From contig JAYWIR010000043.1 in NCBI GenBank assembly GCA_036172245.1, forward strand, positions 930,001 to 994,000: a stretch of DNA of 64,000 bases, given 5' to 3'. Source of the DNA: Raillietiella orientalis (Eukaryota). Numbering within the stretch: position 1 is the first letter of the stretch; each line of letters opens with the position of its first letter. Below, in pieces: positions 52,331 to 64,000 of this stretch. Both the position numbers and the translations under genes were made by a program. The notes beneath the pieces were generated by a model. The model was not told the origin of the DNA. It was given only the letters and a program-made list of their open reading frames with translations, and ran no database searches.

Positions 52331-55300
52331 ACAGTTGATCAATGAAAATAATATTTGGTATCACTTTATTGGTTTTTTATTATGCATACATTACAGGAAA
52401 GCGAGACGAAAGTCATAAGCTCATTTTAAAAAGTTAAAGTTATTTTTCATCATTCTATTGAGCATTTTTACGACTATAAAGAAGATACGCTTCTTGTAGA
52501 CGTAATAAATAATGTGCTTCATAATGTATCTATTATTTTAATCTGCAACCTTTTCAAAAAATATATATTGAATATAGGGACAGCTTTTTTTCGCTATTCC
52601 CCTACTTATGAAATGGTTGGCTTTTCTCGAGGCTCGCCAACTTTGTTTCTCTTTTCCAACGAAAGTTGTCTGGAACTCTCATCTTTTCTCAGTGACAGAG
52701 TTGATAACATTCCTGTGATTTGCAAGAGCTCAAAGGAAATATCCGATGTAAAAGAAGAAGAAGAAGAAGAAAAAACGAGTCGGAAGCTAACAAACTGGGA
52801 GAAAGGCTAATCTTGAGACTAAGTTTCTGTTTCAGGACTTTCGGCGGTCCAAAAAAGAACAAAATAATATTCATTTGCTAAACTTCCAGAAAGATCGGAA
52901 AAGCAGAAGTGATGACTTCGTTACGTCAGTCACTTCCCATCCAACGCTGCTCTCATGAGAGCCACCGAATTCAAAGAGCCTGAAAAGCATCCGCTGGATA
53001 GCTTTCACAGGTCAATTTTTACGGATGGCAGACCCGGGGGCAGAGGATAAATGGTAAAAAATTCATTATGATCTGTCGAGAGGTGAAAATCAAGAGATTC
53101 CTTCGGAAGCATTCCAGTTGGCCTCAATATGTCGGAAGGATCAGGCCATGCACGTTTTCCATCCTGAGTGCCTCGCCTGAATAGTCCTCAATTTAATGGA
53201 CTTTGGCTTTTATATACTTTTAATTTGACTTTCCTAATGGATTCATCAACTCGTGTGCATGCCCTATTTCACCCAATTTTTGCTGGTTCAGAATTCGTTG
53301 CAACCGTGTGAATTTTCAGCTTTGCAGAAAAACGTAGTTGCATCATTTTTTGACGAGAATTAATGAACTCAGCATGGAGACTTGGAGAATTGGAGAATCC
53401 AAAGGAGAATTTTGTCAAGCGAAATCCTTTAGATTCCTTAGATCCTTTAGACTTTTTTTCAAAATTTCTATTCCGTTCCTGGAAAGCCAAAATCAACTCT
53501 GAGCGATCCGTGTGTGCAAAGGAGTATAAGCCACAGAAAACAGGGGACCACGAAGAAAAGTGGCCAACTACGGAGCTGTAAAAAATCAACTGCGTGTATG
53601 GAAAAAGCCCACCACAAAACCTTCACGCATTAGCTGCATCCACATTGTCCAATGCAAAGGAGCTCGCATGAAAAGGATTGATCATGGTTGCCCTATCCAT
53701 GTCTTCCTTGAGGTTGCATCCAACTTTCATCCTCCTCTTCTCGCTCGTTTCGTTAAGATGGGCTCTTCGTTCGCTTTTTTTTTCTTTCCTCTCTTCCCTC
53801 AATCCTCGATTCAATTCGTTTTTTTTATTGCATTAGGAATATCTGATCACGGAAAGTTTGAATCAAAAACCCAGCCGAATGCAGAATCTCGTGATTTGCT
53901 CACAACGTTGCTCATCAGATACTCCGCTCCTATTCTCCTCATTTTTCTTGCTTGTGTCTTTTGCCTGTACTCACATGGAATGCCAACGGTTCGTAGGGAA
54001 GGAAAACCGGATTCCTGGTCTCTCAGTGGTCCAAAGATCGCAGTGCATCAATCCGTTCTTTTCATTTCAACAGGAATCATCCGAAATTCGTTTCAAAATT
54101 CATACCTACGAATTAGGCAGCGCGCTTTTTGAGGCACACTTTTCAACATTCCCATTCGAGGATCCTCTAGTGTTCAGGCACGCACGTCACTGCTCGTTCC
54201 AAGTGGAGATCCCGTTGTCTCCAGTGTAGTGCCACACACCGGAAACCTTCGTCATCTTGTCGGGTGACGACTCCCGTGTTCTCAAGGTTCCCGGTGATTG
54301 CGTCGAGTCATGTGCTACTGCAGCAAGGGATGCATCTTCGAAAATAAGATCCTCTCCACTTTCCACCAACCGTTGCGCAGCCATCTCATTTTCCTAACGT
54401 CTTGTTTGTCTTGGAAAATAATGACCATTCCGAGAAGTCGTAAATGTTTCTTTGATTTGGCCGTTCAGAGAAATAAGACACGGCAGTTATTGTTATCTGC
54501 TGGAAATGAGAGGAGAGCGAACGTGTTCCATCATTTACTATGAATTCATGGCGCTTGTAATACTATTTAATGAAGGGATTGTAGAAAAACAAGCATCCGA
54601 GGCTCATCAAACCAGGAATGATTGTTCAGATCAGAGAGTCACAAACTGGGAGACTCCGATCAAGTTTTGGGGTGACTCTTTTTGAAACTTCGGAAAGCAC
54701 TCGACTACTCATCTGCATGAATATTCACGACAAATCGAATCGCTCTCCTCCCCCGCCACGCACCCATCGAATAGGATCCAAAATGACACTGCAAAAAGAC
54801 CGGAAAAAAACTTTCCGACACAGAAAACATGTGATATGATCTGCTCCAGACGATCTCCCCGGAATGATTTGCTACACAGAAATCAGCTAAAGTGAATGCA
54901 GAAATTTCGTGATTGTGAACGTGGCATTTTCTTTTGCCTCTAGCAAACGACTGTGCACCTTCTAATTTGTCTGAAAGGATCAAGAAAAATGGCTCCAGAT
55001 ATTCACTTACATTCCTCACGGGAAGGAAGTATTTGCAGCAGCACTGAATCCTGATGTTTAAGCTATGCTTGAAATAATATACTGTAGTCAGTGCGTCTTC
55101 GAAGCCATTTTTCTCTCGAGCCTGATTTGCTAATTATCCTTGTTTTCGAAAATAAATCGTATGCATTTCCCTTGAACATCTAAGAGAACATGACCGGCGA
55201 CTTTGGTCTCTAAGCTGTAGTACCACTATGTTAGTTATTAGATTATGATTCAGCATTCTATTGCATGCACTCGTGGCTCTCCATATAAAATGCCTTTTGA

Positions 55301-58300
55301 GCAACTGCTTTTCCGAAAAGCAATTTCGCCCAAGCTCCGCCGTCCCTCGAATTTCCAAAACGGATGAAGAACAGTGTTCCGCTGTTGCTGTTACCATTCG
55401 ATGATGCTTTCCTTGCAAACCCTGTCGATTCTTATGCCTGCGTCTTGCTAAATGTTTGTATCTTTGAAAAATCGTTTTTTTTCTGTCCTTCCCCCCTTTC
55501 AATATTGTCCAACATTTCTTCACATAATAATATTTTTCCACTCTTCCTAGTTGGTTTCTTGGTTTCCGTGTTGAAATATCAGTTCGATGAAATGCTGATA
55601 TGGGCTCCATACTGTTGCCAACCTTTTTGCACAATTTAAAATTCCGTACGAATACCTTTGATCTGAAACTTCGCAAAGATAGGAGTGATCATTTCTAAGA
55701 GAGTGGAGTAGAATTTGATTTTCCTGTCTACTCCAGAACATTGTACCTTGAATATTGTATTGATTGAAAAAATCAATCGATATATTTGAAGGCGTTGAGA
55801 TACATTTAATGCGAAATTCAATCAGATCTAATTTATTGAAGTCAGTAATAGCGCTTGGGGAAAAAGTATCAGAATAATAAATATAAGGCAAATACTTTAA
55901 ACAGAATGTTATTCGACAAACAAAAATTGAAAAAGAAAATGATTTCAGTTCAGGAGCCCAATTTCTTTGGTTTGCCGAGCAACTGACATACCTATCAATT
56001 TTTTTCCTCAACTTGGTTTGCTTTATTCACTGCATTTTTCCAATCTCGTAGCCTAATCGAAGGATCTGAATGCTTTGGATGCTCCTTAAATCCTGTAATG
56101 AGGTGAAATTTGGACAATCCGGGCTTTTGCGTAGCTCATTGACTCATATATCGGCCTGCTCGTGTATGGACTGCATTATTAATAAAAAGAGATTAAGAAA
56201 TAACATCATAATTACAAACCAGTCCTTTTATCTATTTAAAATTTTAAAACCTCACGCATGACAGGCATTGTTTTGCAAAATGCAATCATATCTTTCTTAG
56301 GTTCTTCTGCCCAGGCTGTTCATTAATACTTAATTCTGCATTCAAGTTGAATGCTCTTCACGTTCCGTTCACTGTTTATCCATCAACTTAATTTCTTTGT
56401 TTTGATGACGAAAATTTTACTAATGTTTCGATTTGAGTCCCGTCGTGACATTACTAATATACGTTATCCCGTTCTTTTTCTTTTGTTATATTTGCTTCCT
56501 CTCAAATTATGAATCCCTTTTCATCAGGCGAATGAGCAGTCCGATTGGAAAGAATCAATTAGAAACGCCAAAAGAGCAAATGACGATGCAGAATCACATT
56601 CCAAAAATAAGAGTAAACAGGAGAGTAAAGACATGTAGAAAGTGCAAACGATCATTTTTCTTTCCTGTTTTGAATGTTTGCCTCTCAATTAATTACAGTT
56701 GGGCCATATGCTCCAGAAGTAAAAGGGAATTCGTACGAATGTATTGGTAAATGATCGTACAAAAAGTTGAAACCCTCTGCTTCCAATGTCCAATGAATAA
56801 TAGTAAAGTCTCAGAGTATTCTAATAGCTGCATCATCTACGAGGTTTCACAAGCAGAAATGTTCAGCAATATGCACTTACATGAACACAAAGTAATTTGA
56901 TCAAGTTTATGAGGAAAATTCTTTAGTTGAAAACCAAATTGGTGTCTCTCTCGGATACTCAATAGATGTGATTTTTAGGAATATCTTTTGCCTAAAAACA
57001 TGGATGCTCTTGACAAACACAATTATAATTAAGAGCATCTGCACGAAAGGAGTGCAAGAATGGATCTCATTGATAAGTTCTTGATATTTATTTTTCTGTG
57101 CATTATTCAACATTAGAAAATTATGCTGAAGAAAATAGGGAAAAGTAACCTACTTAAGACCAAGCATGTATTCATCATTTTTCGAATATTCAAGAAAATC
57201 GTTGCAATGAATTAATTTCCTAAATGTTGTTAAATAAGAAATGACCCTATGATTATTCTTTAACAGATGAACAAAAAAATTCCACGACACTACTGGCTAC
57301 AATGAAAATTTAATAAATACCAAACATAAGAACTCTGATGGAAAAATTAAGAGCCAATAACTAAAATTATGATTTTTCAAAATTAGGAATTTGTTTTTTC
57401 AATTCATTTCGTTCATTACAAGGGATTCCGTTTAAAACTAAGATGCCCCTTCACCTTAAGGTCAGGAAAGAGTTCATCTGTGGTGGATAGTGAACACATC
57501 TGTAATTAGTTTAGAAGAGAAATTTGTATGTTCGTGAGAGCATAGGTTCAACGTGTTATAAATGAAAATGAAACGAAATGCGTTCGTTTACACTATGAAT
57601 GAAGAGAAAAGCTTTTCGAAGGTTAATCAAATGGATTCGAATAAATCGACTTTTTTAATGCGATCAGTAGCTAATGGGAGTTTCATTGAGTATATTTTGT
57701 GAAAGAAAAAAATTATGACTTTGATTCTGACAGGTCAAGTTCCTAAAATTTGCTTCTTCTATGTAGTACAAAGAAATGTTCCATGTTATAATTGAAATTC
57801 AAGATTATATTTATGATTATCAATATGTTTACGTCTTTACGTCTGAAAATAATAGCGCATATGTTGCTTCTCATTCAGCTTTCATACAGAAAGCATGTTT
57901 CACTATTATACCGGTTCAGTTTCCGTCAATTTTCAAGTGCTAATATTATTTTAGCTTATTTGATTTTCAGTTATTAAGATATTTACCCCTTAATTTAGGT
58001 TTCCGAACATTCGATCTTTCAATCATTGGGAGGCATATAGAAACTTTTTGCATACAAACAAGTTTTTGTATTTTCTCTTGTTTCACATACAGATCCATCG
58101 TATAGATGATATAAGCAATTAATTTTTATTTTCCGTCTTACTTTCTCAATTTTTCCTTTTCTAATTATTTTCACTTCAAACGGATACATTTTTGACTTTT
58201 TCAGAAAGTATTCATATAATTCAAAAATAAGTGTTCATTCAACACATACTAATTTGGCAATCTCATGTTTATAAACATATTCGTAAATTTGGGCGATGTT

Positions 58301-58521
58301 CTCCAAATCTCACTAGACACATTTGCAAAGGGTGGTAATTCTGACTGGTTTGAGATGTGCAAGAGGTGTAATTTTTTAGTCGAAGTGAAGTTATGTGAAT
58401 CAGATTTAATATAGATGGTTGCAAAATAGGGAACTTAAGTGTAGATTTTCGGCAGAGGCGATTTCGGCCCAAATGCCCAATTGGCTCTGCCGTAATTTTA
58501 ACAAATTTGCATCCTAATGTC

Positions 58522-62586
<4,065 letters not shown>

Positions 62587-63194
62587 CATTTCATGTCTTA
62601 TTTAAGGAAGACATTAAGATAATAAAATATCATCGCTGATCCATAAGAACCAAGGACATATTATTAAGCTGAGAAATGTGTTTGAGCAAATTCAAGTATT
62701 CAGTTGATGTGCTTAGATTGAATGATATTTAAATATTAAATATCCCACCATTAGGTGATATTCTATAAAGAACATAGTAAAGTGCATCAATTCGGATAGT
62801 TTGCAATTAGTTATTGATTGGCTGTTATACAACAAATTAAAAAATAGGAACTGTCATTTAATTGCTTTAGTAAATATTTATGCAAGATTTAATAGATTAT
62901 TTGAACAAATAACACATTACAATAAATAAATACAAAGAAAAATACATGTTTTTATTTATCTTCAACATCGCAGGTACTAGGGCATGTGGCTTGTGATGTG
63001 TTGAATTGACTTGGCCTTATCCATTCATGCTGTATTTTCATCGCATTTTAAAAAATTGCTACCAAGCAGCAGCACAAACAGTTTTGGTACATGTAATTAA
63101 TGCTTGAAAAAAATATTTTGTAGTTGTGGTAATGGAAATCGGTGTGTTTTCGATAAGTTGGATGGTACTTTTTTTTTTTTTTTTTTACTTTGCC

Positions 63195-63480
63195 ATGGCA
63201 GTGCAATTTATCGCAGTGTCCGAGCGCAAGGCGCCCGGGTTCAAGGTCTGGGTCCCGACCTGTAGAATTTATCCCCGAGGTGCAAGGGAAACCCAGGTCT
63301 CAACGATAGGGAGGGGAAAGTGGGGTGGGGTAAAAAGAGGAGCGGCCCCACAGAAGCTGATTTCTGAAAGCTATAGAGCTTTCGAGGAAGGGCAAGTGAT
63401 TTGTAGTAGAAGTTTCGGGCTTGGCACCGGCAAGATGAGTCTTGGCGAGGATGGCTGCTTCTGGCTGAGTGCTGAGTGTA
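63195..63480 (+). mobile_element. Possible tRNA-derived SINE remnant
   Basis: gtgtccgagcg (A-box-like) and ccgggttcaagg (B-box-like) at ~63215-63250, followed by a GC-richer body in AT-rich flanks; no cloverleaf. Confidence 0.2.
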
Positions 63481-64000
63481 CCTGAATGCATCAGAATGAA
63501 TAAGAGGGAAAACCGCGATCGAGTTTCATTGTATGGGGGGGTGGCGGCCATAAATGATTTGTGTGGCAAGAGAATAGGCAAAAGCTGATAAGCGCAAATG
63601 CGTTTCTTCAAGCCCAAAATGCAAAATGGTTGCCGGAGTGCCGAGGTTCCCGTATTCAAGTCGCTCGAATTTTCGTAAATGCAAGCATTTTAGCGATTCC
63701 CCAGATTAATGAATGGTGGTGTATTATTATCGAATTTAATAAGAGATTACTTTGATACTTTAACCATAGCATGTTGTCCAACTTGGCCCGTCGTTTCTAG
63801 AAGTGTGCTCCGAACAGCATTCCCCCCCCCCCCCTCTTGGGATGTGCCGAGTGGTGTATAGCAGGAAGTCGCAAAGTAATGGGAAAAGCATTCCTGAGGG
63901 GAAAAAAAAAAACAGGACCATTGCAAAAATCAGCTTGCTCGAGAGGTTCCGTCTGTTCAATGGGAACGCTAAATCTGAACTGCCAAGTTTCTAGTGTACA

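Noticed and set aside
52905..52985. GTGATGA ... CTGA with an internal hairpin (snoRNA candidate)
   Set aside because: No terminal stem, intergenic position, no identifiable guide, and the C box is buried in the hairpin.

Overview
This is animal nuclear DNA from an invertebrate, probably an arthropod (inference), not prokaryotic DNA. Four intact spliced genes can be reconstructed: an ELOVL4-like fatty-acid elongase (+, 19037-27048), a NAP1-like histone chaperone (-, 34231-36931), gamma-tubulin complex protein 4 (-, 42592-48787) and G-protein alpha-s (+, 58522-62586). Most introns are tiny (about 40-65 nt), with a few much longer ones. The first ~32 kb is GC/CpG-rich and holds decayed BEL/Pao retrotransposon fragments and pseudogene pieces; the rest is AT-rich and holds the housekeeping genes. 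The most notable element is a ~1.4-kb decayed piece of IS-rich bacterial DNA (3087-4462): an IS630 fragment, a Pro/Lys-repeat lipoprotein-like relic and an IS5-family transposase. It appears to interrupt a host BEL gag remnant, which suggests endosymbiont-to-host transfer. Other captured DNA includes a cytochrome b NUMT inside ELOVL intron 1 and a GT92 glycosyltransferase fragment. All family assignments come from manual translation and motif recall; no searches were run. I found no convincing intact novel multi-gene system.
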